Below, piece by piece: positions 31,277 through 41,168 of a stretch of DNA of 64,000 nucleotides. A program made the translations under genes and the position numbers. The notes beneath the pieces are model-generated. The model was given only the letters and a program-made list of their open reading frames with translations, was not told the origin of the DNA and searched no databases. Position 1 is the first letter of the stretch. Each line of letters begins with the position of its first letter. This stretch comes from Eubacteriales bacterium (GTDB lineage Bacteria; Bacillota; Clostridia; Saccharofermentanales; DTU023), in NCBI GenBank assembly GCA_030532065.1, contig JAUNLW010000001.1, positions 304,132-368,131 on the forward strand, written 5' to 3'.

Positions 31277-31459
31277 ATGGCTGTACCTAAGAGAAAATGG
31301 TCAAAGCGCAGATCTCGCACTTCACGCGCTAACGAAAAACTGGATCGTCTTAACTTATCTGAGTGCCCTCAGTGCCACGAGCTCAAGCTGCCGCACGTAG
31401 TTTGCAAGAACTGTGGTTACTATAAGGGAAAAGAAGTGGTTACTGTTTCTGAGGAGTAG
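31277..31459 (+). CDS. rpmF: 50S ribosomal protein L32
   Basis: MAVPKRKWSKRRSRTSRA followed by the Zn ribbon CPQC...CKNCG. Confidence 0.95.
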   Translation: MAVPKRKWSKRRSRTSRANEKLDRLNLSECPQCHELKLPHVVCKNCGYYKGKEVVTVSEE

Positions 31460-31538
31460 TGCCCACTCTTTTATTTAGTTGTCAAAGTCAGCAGCGGGGC
31501 TCCTTAGCCCGGCTGCTTTTTACTTTAAAGGAGGAAGC

Positions 31539-32894
31539 ATGAGCAAACCCAGTATCGCAATCGTAGGGCGACCTAACGTAGGTAAATCGAGTCTATTTAA
31601 CGCTATTGCCGGTGAGCGCATCTCTATTGTCCATAACAGTCCCGGTGTGACACGTGATCGGATCTATGTCGACTGTGACTGGTACAGCTATGACTTCCGA
31701 CTCATCGACACAGGTGGCCTGGAAATTGATTCCACTGATCCTCTGCTGCATAAAATGCAACGTCAGGTGGAATTTGCTATGGAAACAGCAGATCTGCTGA
31801 TCTTCCTGTGCGATATTCGCGACGGTATTACTTCCGCGGACCGAGAGATAGCCGAATTCCTACGCCGCTCAGCTAAACCGGTGATTCTGGCTCTGAATAA
31901 GGCGGATACACCAGAGCTGATGTCCGAAGCTATCTATGAGTTTTATGAATTAGGCTTAGGCGAGCCATATCCTGTTTCCGCGTCACACAAATTAGGCTTG
32001 GCGGACTTGATGTCCGCGGCTTTGTCACAACTGCCGCAAGAGGATTACTATGAGGATGACTCGGACCGCATTTCGGTGGCGATCATCGGTAAGCCTAATG
32101 TCGGCAAATCATCCTTACTCAATTATCTATTAGGTGAGAACCGGGCTATTGTTTCAGACATACCAGGTACTACGCGTGACGCTTTGAGCGTAGATATTGA
32201 TAATGAATTCGGATCCTACCGCATCGTGGACACCGCTGGTCTGAGACGCAAGGCAAAAGTGGATACAGAGATAGAGCGTTACGCCAATCTCCGTACTACC
32301 AACTCTATTGAAAAGGCCGATGTCTGCCTCATTATGGTGGATGCCAGTGAGCCCTTGAGCAATCAGGATACCAAGATTGCCGGCCTGGCTCATAATGCAG
32401 GTAAAGCTTCGATTTTCCTCATCAATAAATGGGATCTGATGGATAATAAGCAGGAGAGCTTCCGTAAATGGACAGAAGAGCTGCGTAATACTTTATCCTT
32501 TATGCTTTACGCGCCCATGCATACCATGTCCGTGTGTTCTGGCCAGCGGGTAGACAAGATCTTTGAGCTGATCAACCAGGTCTATGAGGAATCCAGAAAA
32601 CGACTTCCTACAGCGGTAGTTAACGAGGTCTTGGCAGAAGCCGTGCTGATGCACCGCCCACCTTCCTACAAGGGCCGTTCGCTTAAGCTTTACTATGCCA
32701 GCCAAGTCTCCAGCCAACCGCCTCATATTGTTATCTTTGTAAATGATCCTAACCTCCTTCATTTCTCTTATGAGCGTTACCTGGAAAACCGCTTCCGGGA
32801 CGCTTTCGGTTTTGAGGGATCGCCTTTGCGGTTAACATTCCGACCTCGCAAACAGGATGATAATTTGCGGGTCAAAAACGAGGACAGGAGATAA
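31539..32894 (+). CDS. der: Ribosome-associated GTPase Der/EngA (two GTPase domains plus KH-like domain)
   Basis: Two G1 motifs (GRPNVGKSS and GKPNVGKSS), each followed by DTGG/DTAG and NKAD/NKWD. The start is at ATG 31539 behind AAAGGAGG. Confidence 0.93.
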   Translation: MSKPSIAIVGRPNVGKSSLFNAIAGERISIVHNSPGVTRDRIYVDCDWYSYDFRLIDTGGLEIDSTDPLLHKMQRQVEFAMETADLLIFLCDIRDGITSADREIAEFLRRSAKPVILALNKADTPELMSEAIYEFYELGLGEPYPVSASHKLGLADLMSAALSQLPQEDYYEDDSDRISVAIIGKPNVGKSSLLNYLLGENRAIVSDIPGTTRDALSVDIDNEFGSYRIVDTAGLRRKAKVDTEIERYANLRTTNSIEKADVCLIMVDASEPLSNQDTKIAGLAHNAGKASIFLINKWDLMDNKQESFRKWTEELRNTLSFMLYAPMHTMSVCSGQRVDKIFELINQVYEESRKRLPTAVVNEVLAEAVLMHRPPSYKGRSLKLYYASQVSSQPPHIVIFVNDPNLLHFSYERYLENRFRDAFGFEGSPLRLTFRPRKQDDNLRVKNEDRR

Positions 32895-32895
32895 G

Positions 32896-34725
32896 ATGTC
32901 AAAACAAGCACTCCGAAACATAGCTTTGGTTGCCCACGTAGACCACGGCAAAACTACCCTGGTGGATAGTTTACTCCGCGGGGCGGGCCTCTTCCGCAGA
33001 GGAGAGGCTGTACCTAAGCGCGTGATGGACTCAGATGCCCTGGAACAAGAGCGGGGTATTACCATCCTAGCAAAGAACACCGCGATCAATTACGGCCCGG
33101 CCAGGATCAATATTGTGGATACTCCGGGTCACGCTGACTTCAGTGGTGAAGTAGAACGTGTCTTAAATATGGTAGACGGAGTTCTGCTCTTGGTAGATGC
33201 CTTTGAAGGGCCTATGCCGCAAACGCGCTTTGTCTTGACGCAAGCTCTGGCCAAAAACCTCAAGATAATTGTAGTCATAAATAAGATTGACCGCCCGGAT
33301 GCCCGCGTGGAAGAAGTGGTTGACCTGATCTATGAGCTTTTTATCGACTTGGGCGCGACAGACGAACAGATCAATTTTCCCATTCTCTATGCTTCAGCGA
33401 AGAGAGACGTAGCCTTTACGGAGATACCAGAGGATTTTGAAAGTGCCAAAGAAACTGCCGACATCACACCAATTTTAGACGCGATCGTGGAGAATATCCC
33501 GGATGCTGGTTCGGATGATGAGGCTTCCTTGCAGATACTGGTTTCCAACCTGGACTATGATAATTACCAAGGCCGCCTGGCAGTCGGCAGAGTCCACCAG
33601 GGCTGTGTTAAGCAAGTAGAACCGGTTGCTTTGATCAGTAGTAAGACCGGTAAAACCACCCGGCAGCAGATCAACAAACTGTATATCTACGACGGACTTG
33701 GACGCAAAGAAGTGGCGGAGGCAGCTTCCGGTGAGATCGTCTGTATGACGGGCTTAGACAATGTCAACATTGGAGACACCATAGCCGATATCAATGATGC
33801 CAAAGCCTTACCGGCAGTCACCATTGAGGAACCTACTATCGCCATGGTCTTCCAGGTAAATGATAGTCCCTTCGCCGGTCAAGAAGGGACTTACGTTACC
33901 TCACGCCACCTGCGTGAGCGCTTGGAGCGTGAGATGATTCGCAACGTTGCCATGAGGATGGAAGAGACCGACAGCCCCGATCGTTTCCTGATCAAGGGCC
34001 GCGGAGAATTGCATATCTCTATCCTGATTGAGAATATGCGCCGCGAAGGTTATGAATTCCAGGTTTCTAAACCCTACGTTCTGACTAAGGAAATCGATGG
34101 TCGCCTGATGGAACCGCAAGAACGGCTTCTGGTCAGTGTAACCGAGGACTATCAGGGTGTAGTCATGGAGGCTCTGGGCAGGCGTAAGGCGGAGTTGATT
34201 GAGATGGCACCGCCTTTCCGTGGCAGCGTAAAAATGGAATTCCTAATCCCTTCCAGCCAGTTAATTGGCTATCGTTCACAGTTTATGAATGATACCAGGG
34301 GTAACGGTATTCTTTCCTCTATTCTGGAAGGGTATGTTCCTGCTGTAAAACAGACAGTAGGCCGTGGACATGGCGTCCTAATTGCTCACCAGGCAGGCGA
34401 GGCTGTGCTTTATGGTTTACATAACGCACAAGATCGCGGAGTGCTATTTATCGGACCGGGAACCCAGGTCTACGAAGGAATGATCGTTGGCTCTACCATG
34501 CAGACCGAAGACGTAGTAGTCAACGTCTGCAAGAAAAAGCAGCTCACTAATATGCGGGCAGCAGGTTCAGATGAAGCGCTGAGACTTTCGCCTCCTACTG
34601 TTTTCAGCCTGGAACAGTGTCTGGAGTTCATCGACGACGATGAGCTGGTGGAAATCACGCCTCAGAGCATTCGTATGCGTAAACGCATCTTGGACAGCAA
34701 ACAACGTAACAAGGCCAGGAATTAG
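32896..34725 (+). CDS. typA: Translational GTPase TypA/BipA
   Basis: Contains [18 protein letters not shown] and NKIDR, with EF-G-like domain order. The start is at ATG 32896. Confidence 0.93.
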   Translation: MSKQALRNIALVAHVDHGKTTLVDSLLRGAGLFRRGEAVPKRVMDSDALEQERGITILAKNTAINYGPARINIVDTPGHADFSGEVERVLNMVDGVLLLVDAFEGPMPQTRFVLTQALAKNLKIIVVINKIDRPDARVEEVVDLIYELFIDLGATDEQINFPILYASAKRDVAFTEIPEDFESAKETADITPILDAIVENIPDAGSDDEASLQILVSNLDYDNYQGRLAVGRVHQGCVKQVEPVALISSKTGKTTRQQINKLYIYDGLGRKEVAEAASGEIVCMTGLDNVNIGDTIADINDAKALPAVTIEEPTIAMVFQVNDSPFAGQEGTYVTSRHLRERLEREMIRNVAMRMEETDSPDRFLIKGRGELHISILIENMRREGYEFQVSKPYVLTKEIDGRLMEPQERLLVSVTEDYQGVVMEALGRRKAELIEMAPPFRGSVKMEFLIPSSQLIGYRSQFMNDTRGNGILSSILEGYVPAVKQTVGRGHGVLIAHQAGEAVLYGLHNAQDRGVLFIGPGTQVYEGMIVGSTMQTEDVVVNVCKKKQLTNMRAAGSDEALRLSPPTVFSLEQCLEFIDDDELVEITPQSIRMRKRILDSKQRNKARN

Positions 34726-34796
34726 CCCTTATCGACTGAATGGGTAAAGAAGTAGTACAATAGCGGCAATGAAGTCAAAGAAAGGTTCTAAGTTAT

Positions 34797-35963
34797 TTGC
34801 TTTCTAAGATCTCCAAAACCCTGGTTATTATTTTGATAGTTGTGCTGCTGGTAGCGGCCGGTATTACGTCTTTTATGGCAGGCTACCGCTACGTAAACAA
34901 CCAGCACGACAGCTTCCGACAAATGGACGCTTTAGCTGAAGGTAACGGCGGTAACCTGGTTACCGAAGAAACGCCGGGAGCGGTGAGTATTTTTATACCC
35001 CGTTCCTCCGATATGGATGACATTACGGAAATATTGGAGCAAGCCGGCTTTATCGATAACACCTTTATTTTCAAGCTTATGTCCAAATTTAACGGCTTTG
35101 ACGGTAACTATCAGGCGGGTACACACTATCTTTTACCGGACATGTCCTACGACGAGATCATGTATGTTTTGACCCGCCAGCCTAAGCCTTTGCGCATTAC
35201 CTTTATTGAGGGCGACAGCTACCGTGAAATGCAGGCCAAGATGATCGATGCCGGCCTAAACATTGACGTAGAGCGTATGGATGACCTGGTACGGCATCCC
35301 AATGCCTTCCTCAATTACAGTTTCGTGCGTCAGATAGAAGCCAGATCCGACCGTGAGTGGACGCTGCAAGGCTATCTCTGGCCAGATACCTACCTCTTTG
35401 ACCCCAATCTGGATGAAGAATCGATCCTGCGTATGTTCCTGGATAACACCGAGCAAAAGCTGCAACAGGGCGGTTATCGGGAGCGGGCCAAGAGCTTGGG
35501 CATGACCTTGGATCAAGTCATGACTCTGGCCTCCATTGTGCAAAAAGAAGGCAATGTCGAAGAGATGAGCATGATTGGTCGTGTCTTCATCAACCGCCTG
35601 TCTTTAGATATGCCGCTGGAGTCTTGCGCCACGATCAACTATCTGCGTGGGGAAGAGGGCAAAGATCCGATACCCTGGGCCACTCATGCGGATCTGCAAA
35701 AGTACAGCCTTAATGCCTATAACACCTATGCCAAACCGGGATTGCCACCGGGACCTATCAATAACCCTGGTACTCTGTCGGTGGAAGGTATTCTTTGGCC
35801 GGCTAACGAAGACACCTGGCCCGGAGCAACTCAGTATCTCTACTTCTGCGCTACTGGTGAAGGCGATAACGTCTTTGCCCGTACACTGGCCGAGCATGAG
35901 GCAAACGTAGAATACTACAGCAATCTCTGGTACGAAGAAGCCGGACTACCGGTACCGGACTAG
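34797..35963 (+). CDS. mltG: Endolytic murein transglycosylase (YceG/MltG family)
   Basis: An N-terminal TM anchor, a LysM-like module, and the YceG core (LASIVQKEG, CATINY, YNTY). TTG start as in the ORF track. Confidence 0.85.
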   Translation: MLSKISKTLVIILIVVLLVAAGITSFMAGYRYVNNQHDSFRQMDALAEGNGGNLVTEETPGAVSIFIPRSSDMDDITEILEQAGFIDNTFIFKLMSKFNGFDGNYQAGTHYLLPDMSYDEIMYVLTRQPKPLRITFIEGDSYREMQAKMIDAGLNIDVERMDDLVRHPNAFLNYSFVRQIEARSDREWTLQGYLWPDTYLFDPNLDEESILRMFLDNTEQKLQQGGYRERAKSLGMTLDQVMTLASIVQKEGNVEEMSMIGRVFINRLSLDMPLESCATINYLRGEEGKDPIPWATHADLQKYSLNAYNTYAKPGLPPGPINNPGTLSVEGILWPANEDTWPGATQYLYFCATGEGDNVFARTLAEHEANVEYYSNLWYEEAGLPVPD

Positions 35964-35976
35964 ATGGAAACCAGGA

Positions 35977-36438
35977 CTAAAGCAGCTGGCATAAAATATA
36001 GGCCAGCAAATAACAAGGAATAAGCGGGAAGCGCTGTTGCCAAGCGTTACCCGCTTTTTTCTTTACCAGGTTGAAGATTAGCAGGCAAATGGCCATAAAC
36101 GCGGAGCAACATGCCAGGCAGATAAGAAAACGCAGTGACTGGCCGTATGACCAGGCTGGCAGTAGCGCTGCCAGGAGCAGGAGATCGCCTGCTCCTATAA
36201 CTTGTCGTTTCCTCTTGAATTCGTAAAAGCATATTGCCGGTATAAGCAAGAGTACCAGAAAGCTGGGTAGCAGGCTCCAGACAAAAGTGAGGAGAGAAGA
36301 AGATCTTAAAGCGCTTAAGAGTAAGCTAATGCCCACCAGGAGCAGGAGCTTGTAGTTACTCACTGCAAGATAGCGCAGGTCTTCCAGAGAGAGTGACAAC
36401 AGGCAGATAAAAATTGAAATTTCCAAAGCAGTTTCCAT
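35977..36438 (-). CDS. Small A24-family (prepilin-peptidase-like) membrane aspartyl peptidase
   Basis: TM protein with two Asp motifs, LSLEDL and GAGDLLLL, as in type IV leader peptidases. There is no N-methyltransferase domain and no pilin genes nearby. The start is taken at the internal ATG 36438. Confidence 0.55.
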   Translation of the reverse strand: METALEISIFICLLSLSLEDLRYLAVSNYKLLLLVGISLLLSALRSSSLLTFVWSLLPSFLVLLLIPAICFYEFKRKRQVIGAGDLLLLAALLPAWSYGQSLRFLICLACCSAFMAICLLIFNLVKKKAGNAWQQRFPLIPCYLLAYILCQLL

Positions 36439-36627
36439 AAGCACACCTCTGGCCCAGTATGCCTGGCGCAGCCTACTCTTGGTGTATATGTTACCGACAA
36501 TTGGTGACAAGGATCTAAAAAAACATCTATCGTGCTGCAGGTAATACCCTTGACAAGGCCTATATACTTGGGCAATATGCCATGTGTAGCAGAAAGGCTG
36601 CGTAATACAAATTTAAGGAGAGTCATT

Positions 36628-36864
36628 ATGGCAGACTTCAAATATGAGATCACTAAAGAAATTGGTGTCCTGAGCACCAGCAAATCCGGTTGGCAAAGAG
36701 AACTGAATATGGTTTCCTGGAACGATGCTAAGCCCAAGCTGGATATTCGCGATTGGGCACCTGAGCACGCCAAGATGAGCAAAGGCGTATCTCTGTCTCA
36801 CGAAGAAGCCGCGATTTTACGCGAGATCTTGAACGAAAGCAACTTGGACGAACTTTTTGGCTAA
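36628..36864 (+). CDS. YdbC-like / PC4-type small ssDNA-binding protein
   Basis: 78 aa. The stretch LSTSKSGWQRELNMVSWNDAKPKLDIRDW resembles the YdbC/PC4-like family (from memory). ATG 36628 sits behind AAGGAG. Confidence 0.55.
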   Translation: MADFKYEITKEIGVLSTSKSGWQRELNMVSWNDAKPKLDIRDWAPEHAKMSKGVSLSHEEAAILREILNESNLDELFG

Positions 36865-36931
36865 ACGGCCTTTAGCCCCATAAACTAACCTGCTTATTAA
36901 ATAAAGTTTGAGGGCACAATTTCGCAAATAT

Positions 36932-36967
36932 AAAAGAGGCTGATACTTTGCGGTAACAGCCTCTTTT
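36932..36967. terminator. Bidirectional Rho-independent terminator between convergent genes
   Basis: AAAAGAGGCTG ... CAGCCTCTTTT. The perfect 11-bp arms are flanked by A-runs and T-runs on both strands. Confidence 0.7.
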
Positions 36968-36994
36968 TAAATACCAATATTAATTATCCTAGTG

Positions 36995-38116
36995 TTAGTC
37001 CGGAATATCGATGGTGAGGTCCGGCTCCGCCTTGGCATAGACGAGCAGACGCTCGGTAGATACGTCGTAGACGGGAGGGTGACAAGTGATCAACACCATC
37101 CGGTCGTCGTCGAAATGCTCATAGACTCTGGCTGGTAGTTCGTCCTGATCAATGATTACCTGATCATAAACGCTGTAGAAGTAACGTTTACCGGTAGGAG
37201 CGTAGTCGATATAGAACTGGTCGCCCGCTACGACTTCATCCAGACGGTTGAAGTCTTTACCACTGGTGAGAAAGCGGTGACCAAAGACACAAGAGAGACC
37301 AGGTTCTCCTATACCAGCGAAATCCGGGTGCAGACCGGCGCCAAAACGCAGTGAAACGTAGTCTACGCCGTTGGACATAGCGGCCAGAGGAGTAACCACT
37401 TGAATTTTGGGCACACTTAGACGGCCAACGTAGGTCAGACTGACTTCATCCGAGGTATTATCCATAGTATTGTCAACGAAATCCAGGCCGAAAACTTCAT
37501 CCGGCTCACCCGTAACCTTGCCGAAGTCTTTCGGCACATTGACTTTGATTACCTGTTTCTTCTTTTCAAACTCATCCAATAACTCCTGCTTGAAGTTATC
37601 GCGGTTTTTCTCTTCGATCTTAGGCTTAATGATGAAGTAAAGAGCGAAGCAGATAATGACCACGATCAGCACGTCTAAAGTGATCAGCAACCATTTAGGC
37701 ACACCACCTTTTTTAGGTGGAGCGGATTTTTTGTGCTTACCTTTGTTACGTGGAGCAGGGTCCTGACCCTGAGCATAGGGGTGAGGTCTTCCGGTTTGTG
37801 GGGCGTGACCCTGTGTCCTGCGACTACCGTATACCGGTCCGTGGTTGGACTGCTGGCGCGGTTGATAGTTAGGTTGACCTGCCGGCCTGGGGCTACGCGG
37901 TGCAGGTGCGCTGGGACGAGGAGGTACCCGACCCGGGTTAGCTGACCGATTTTGACGGGGAACTTCACGACCAGCACCGTTAGGCGCGCTACCATAAGGA
38001 GATCTCGGCCTGCCCTGAGGTGCGCCTTGAGGAGCGTTAGGGCTAGGGCCGCCGGGCCTACGCGACGGCTGCCGGTAGGGCTGACGGTAGGGGTCTTGGG
38101 AATAGTTTTGGTTCAT
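36995..38116 (-). CDS. Sortase-family transpeptidase with long Pro/Arg/Gln-rich N-terminal tail
   Basis: The C-terminal domain has the catalytic His (VFGHRF), Cys (VLITCHP) and Arg (STERLLVYA). One TM helix (WLLITLDVLIVVIICFALYFII) is preceded by about 140 aa of low-complexity P/R/Q/G sequence. Confidence 0.75.
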   Translation of the reverse strand: MNQNYSQDPYRQPYRQPSRRPGGPSPNAPQGAPQGRPRSPYGSAPNGAGREVPRQNRSANPGRVPPRPSAPAPRSPRPAGQPNYQPRQQSNHGPVYGSRRTQGHAPQTGRPHPYAQGQDPAPRNKGKHKKSAPPKKGGVPKWLLITLDVLIVVIICFALYFIIKPKIEEKNRDNFKQELLDEFEKKKQVIKVNVPKDFGKVTGEPDEVFGLDFVDNTMDNTSDEVSLTYVGRLSVPKIQVVTPLAAMSNGVDYVSLRFGAGLHPDFAGIGEPGLSCVFGHRFLTSGKDFNRLDEVVAGDQFYIDYAPTGKRYFYSVYDQVIIDQDELPARVYEHFDDDRMVLITCHPPVYDVSTERLLVYAKAEPDLTIDIPD

Positions 38117-38433
38117 TTAAGTTAATACCTCAGTATTCATGCTAGGACTGCTTATATGAGTCTAATATCAGCTATAATAATGAATTGTGGCAGAAAAATA
38201 AAGTCTTCACTGCCTTTAACGCACTCGCAATATTATGCCACGAAGCAAATAGAGCGTAAAGCGTAGGTGAATTGAGTCCTGTATTGACTAAAGCTGTATA
38301 ATTAAGCGTAGACAAGTTGACTTGTTCAGTTATCTATTAACAAGATTTGTGCAAATGGCAAAATGCATGCGTAATTAATCAGAAATTAATAGTTTTTGCT
38401 GTGCAAATGCTCATATTTTATCTAAATACTTGC

Positions 38434-38462
38434 TTGACGGCTCTGTTTAAGCAGCCTATAAT
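38434..38462 (+). promoter_or_regulatory. SigA-type promoter for the G5/3D-ksgA unit
   Basis: TTGACG (38434-38439), a 17-nt spacer, then TATAAT (38457-38462), about 60 nt upstream of ATG 38522. Confidence 0.6.
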
Positions 38463-38521
38463 CATGTCATCGCGATTGGTGTAGCCTTTTGTGCTGCTTC
38501 TGAGAGCGAAGGTAAACGATT

Positions 38522-39745
38522 ATGATAAAGAAAAAAATACAAATTGTACTGATGGCCTCAGCCGTTGTATTGACTTTAGCAGCGGGGTGTTTCCTATTAC
38601 TTCGCTCTTGGCAGGCCAAACAGAATAAGACAGTGTTTTTGGCGGAGAAAAGCTTCGCCGCGGGAATTGAACCTTCCGACAGTCGCGCTCCCGAGGAGTC
38701 TAAGGCTCAAAGTAAGGCTTCAACTTCTTTTGTTGTTCCTAAGGCCACACTTCCTAAACTGGATCTTGCCATCCAGGAGGGAGTAGGTGTTAGCTATCGC
38801 CTAACTGCAGCTTTTGATGCTACTAAACCTTTCGCCACAGCTGAAAATGTAGAGACAGAAGCCGCTTCACTGGATATTTCTCCGGCAGCGGCAGCTCCCA
38901 TACCGGCTGCTGCTGAAGAGCAGGACTTTAGCGCTCAGCAGGCAGCTCCTACTGAGGCCACGCCCCAGATTTCTACTGAGCAGGTAACAGAGGAGCAGGT
39001 AATTCCTTTTGAGACAGTTTATCAGCATACCGAGGAACTCTTTGAAGGTGAGCAGGAAATAGCTCAGACCGGTAGCAATGGTTTAGTGCGCGTAGTTTAC
39101 GAGCAAAGCTATACAGACGGTGTGCTTATGGCCACTAATGAAATAAGCCGCGAAACCGTACTGGAAGCTGTTGATCAGATTATTCTGGTAGGTACTGCCA
39201 GTCTGCCGGTTGTGGAGGAACCACAAAGTATGACCCCAGCAGCTGCCAGCGATCTGGGTTTTAGCAGCCCCGGATCTACTGCTGCCGCGGTTAACAACTA
39301 CGCGATTATCGCTTCTCTGCTTAACTATAACGGAGCATTGACTTACAGTAGCTTCAATGACAACGGTGACGGCACCATTACTGTAGACGGTGTAACTTTT
39401 GCCGTATCATCTGGTCCTACCAGCTATTTCACCACTTATTACGATGGCTATGAATGCGCGAAGGTAACCGACTTCCAGTATGCAGTTACAGCACCCAATG
39501 GTTACATGTGCAATAAGACAGCCAGTGGCATTTTGGCCGCTCGTGGCGTGATCTCTACTTCACAAAGTGGTGGATTGCCTTTCGGTACAGTTGTCTTTAT
39601 TGAAGGTTATGGACTTGGTGTCGTAGGTGACTATGGTGGATTTGGTGCCGGTATGCTGGATATGTCTCTGGACGCCGGCGAGATTGAGTCCGGCATAAGC
39701 TTAAGTTCTATAAACAGGAACGTTTATATCATCAGCACACCTTAA
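38522..39745 (+). CDS. Secreted/anchored cell-wall protein with G5 domain and C-terminal 3D (MltA-like) domain, YabE-like
   Basis: A signal anchor, a G5-like segment (IPFETVYQHTEELFEGEQEIAQTGSNGL...ILVGT), and a C-terminal 3D-like segment (ASGILAARGVISTS...GTVVFIEGYGLGVVGDYGG). Its position upstream of ksgA matches Bacillus yabE. Confidence 0.7.
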   Translation: MIKKKIQIVLMASAVVLTLAAGCFLLLRSWQAKQNKTVFLAEKSFAAGIEPSDSRAPEESKAQSKASTSFVVPKATLPKLDLAIQEGVGVSYRLTAAFDATKPFATAENVETEAASLDISPAAAAPIPAAAEEQDFSAQQAAPTEATPQISTEQVTEEQVIPFETVYQHTEELFEGEQEIAQTGSNGLVRVVYEQSYTDGVLMATNEISRETVLEAVDQIILVGTASLPVVEEPQSMTPAAASDLGFSSPGSTAAAVNNYAIIASLLNYNGALTYSSFNDNGDGTITVDGVTFAVSSGPTSYFTTYYDGYECAKVTDFQYAVTAPNGYMCNKTASGILAARGVISTSQSGGLPFGTVVFIEGYGLGVVGDYGGFGAGMLDMSLDAGEIESGISLSSINRNVYIISTP

Positions 39746-39746
39746 T

Positions 39747-40643
39747 ATGGATAAGCTTTGGTCCTATCCATCTGCTGCTAAGCTTTGCCGCCAGTGGGAG
39801 CTTACGCCTAATAAAAATTTCGGCCAAAACTTTTTAGATAAAGCCGAGATTATTTATAAAATAATCGCGCCTTTTGCCTTAGACCCGCAGTCCACGGTTT
39901 TAGAGATCGGTCCGGGTCTGGGGCATTTGTCTTATGCCATCTTGTCGCAAGGCGCAAGCTTGACTTCATTGGAGATAGATCAGAAATTAGAGCCGGCCTT
40001 AGAAACTTTGGCCCACGAATATCCTCAATTTACGGTTTTGTGGGGTGACGCTCTAGCGAGAAACTGGGAAGAGTTTAGCCAAAGTAATAAGAAGCTCTAC
40101 TGTATTGCCAACGTGCCTTATTACTTATCCAGCGAGATTTTGCTCAAGGCTCTGCTGGAACTGTGGGAGGCCAAGGCCATGGCCTTGTTGTTGCAGCGGG
40201 AAGTGGCCGAAAAGTTCGCGGCTAAACCCGGTTCCAGGCTTTATGGCCCTTTGGCTGCTTTGGCGGCTCTTTACGGTGAAGCTAAGCTGAGCCTGCGTAT
40301 TCCTGCCCAGGCCTTCTATCCGCCTCCCACAATCGAAAGTCGCGTCTTATATCTGACCAAGTGGCAGGATTTTACAGCAGAACCAGGCAGGGTAGAAAGA
40401 GAAGCTTTCTGGAACTTCCTCCAGGGAGTCTTTGCCACGCGGCGAAAGACCTTGCGCAACAATCTCAAAGCTTTCCTGACTTCTGAGGATCTAAAGATAT
40501 CTGAGGATCTAAAGATAGATGTAGAGTTTGTGTTGGAAGGTTTAGACCAGGATCCCAAAGTGGATTTAGGACTAAGACCGGAAATGCTCAGCGCCAGGCA
40601 ATTATGGTATATTTTTAAGAGCTTAGGTCAGCTTAAAGCTTAG
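39747..40643 (+). CDS. rsmA: 16S rRNA (adenine1518/1519-N6)-dimethyltransferase
   Basis: Contains FGQNFL, the SAM motif LEIGPGLGHLS, and ANVPYYLSS. Confidence 0.92.
   Translation: MDKLWSYPSAAKLCRQWELTPNKNFGQNFLDKAEIIYKIIAPFALDPQSTVLEIGPGLGHLSYAILSQGASLTSLEIDQKLEPALETLAHEYPQFTVLWGDALARNWEEFSQSNKKLYCIANVPYYLSSEILLKALLELWEAKAMALLLQREVAEKFAAKPGSRLYGPLAALAALYGEAKLSLRIPAQAFYPPPTIESRVLYLTKWQDFTAEPGRVEREAFWNFLQGVFATRRKTLRNNLKAFLTSEDLKISEDLKIDVEFVLEGLDQDPKVDLGLRPEMLSARQLWYIFKSLGQLKA
40482..40517 (+). repeat. Perfect 18-bp tandem duplication inside ksgA (encodes SEDLKI-SEDLKI)
   Basis: TCTGAGGATCTAAAGATA occurs twice back to back, in frame. Confidence 0.95.
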
Positions 40644-40670
40644 AGTTTAGGCTAGCTTTGCAGCAAGAGG

Positions 40671-41168
40671 GTGTGTGACGTGAGTGAGGATTTTTATACG
40701 ATCAAGATCGGTAGCATGTACTATCGCATTACCTCTGATGAGGATGCGGATTATGTTAACCAGATCGCAAAAAGAGCTAATGAGCTGCTGGCTGAAGTTA
40801 AATCCAAGCACAGTGGATTAAGTGACGCAGCCGCGGCCGTACTGGCTTTGCTCAATGTCTTGGACCAATGTCATCATTTGGAGCACAAAGATTCTGGAGT
40901 ATACCAGCAGCTGGCAGAATGCCAGCAACAATTGGCTCAAGTGGAGGCGGAACGTCTGCGCTTAAGAGAAGAGCTCTGGGAACTCAAGAAAGACTTGCTC
41001 TATTACCGTAATCTTTGTGAAGTCTACGAAGAAAGACTAAGCAATATCTCCTTAAATTTAGGAGCGTCTGCCAGCAAAGCAAGCGGCAAGCGCTCCAATA
41101 CCAGTCCACTCGATGAGATGCAGCAAACTTTTGCTGATATGGAAGTATATGACTCTAAAACCAAATAA
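40671..41168 (+). CDS. zapA: Cell division protein ZapA-like with coiled-coil tail
   Basis: The N-terminal stretch [30 protein letters not shown]...[11 protein letters not shown] matches the ZapA pattern, followed by a coiled coil. GTG start. Confidence 0.7.
   Translation: MCDVSEDFYTIKIGSMYYRITSDEDADYVNQIAKRANELLAEVKSKHSGLSDAAAAVLALLNVLDQCHHLEHKDSGVYQQLAECQQQLAQVEAERLRLREELWELKKDLLYYRNLCEVYEERLSNISLNLGASASKASGKRSNTSPLDEMQQTFADMEVYDSKTK

Noticed and set aside
34769-34807. Out-of-frame ATG mini-ORF (MKSKKGSKLFAF*) just upstream of mltG, suggesting a frameshifted N-terminus
   Set aside because: The TTG start at 34797 has a plausible purine-rich RBS and gives a normal Lys-rich, TM-anchored N-terminus. 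The upstream ATG has no RBS. There is no need to invoke a frameshift.
38117-38521. c-di-AMP (ydaO-type) riboswitch upstream of the G5/3D cell-wall gene
   Set aside because: The region is AT-rich and lacks the G/C-rich conserved cores and pseudo-twofold helices expected for that class. The promoter is only about 60 nt from the start codon.
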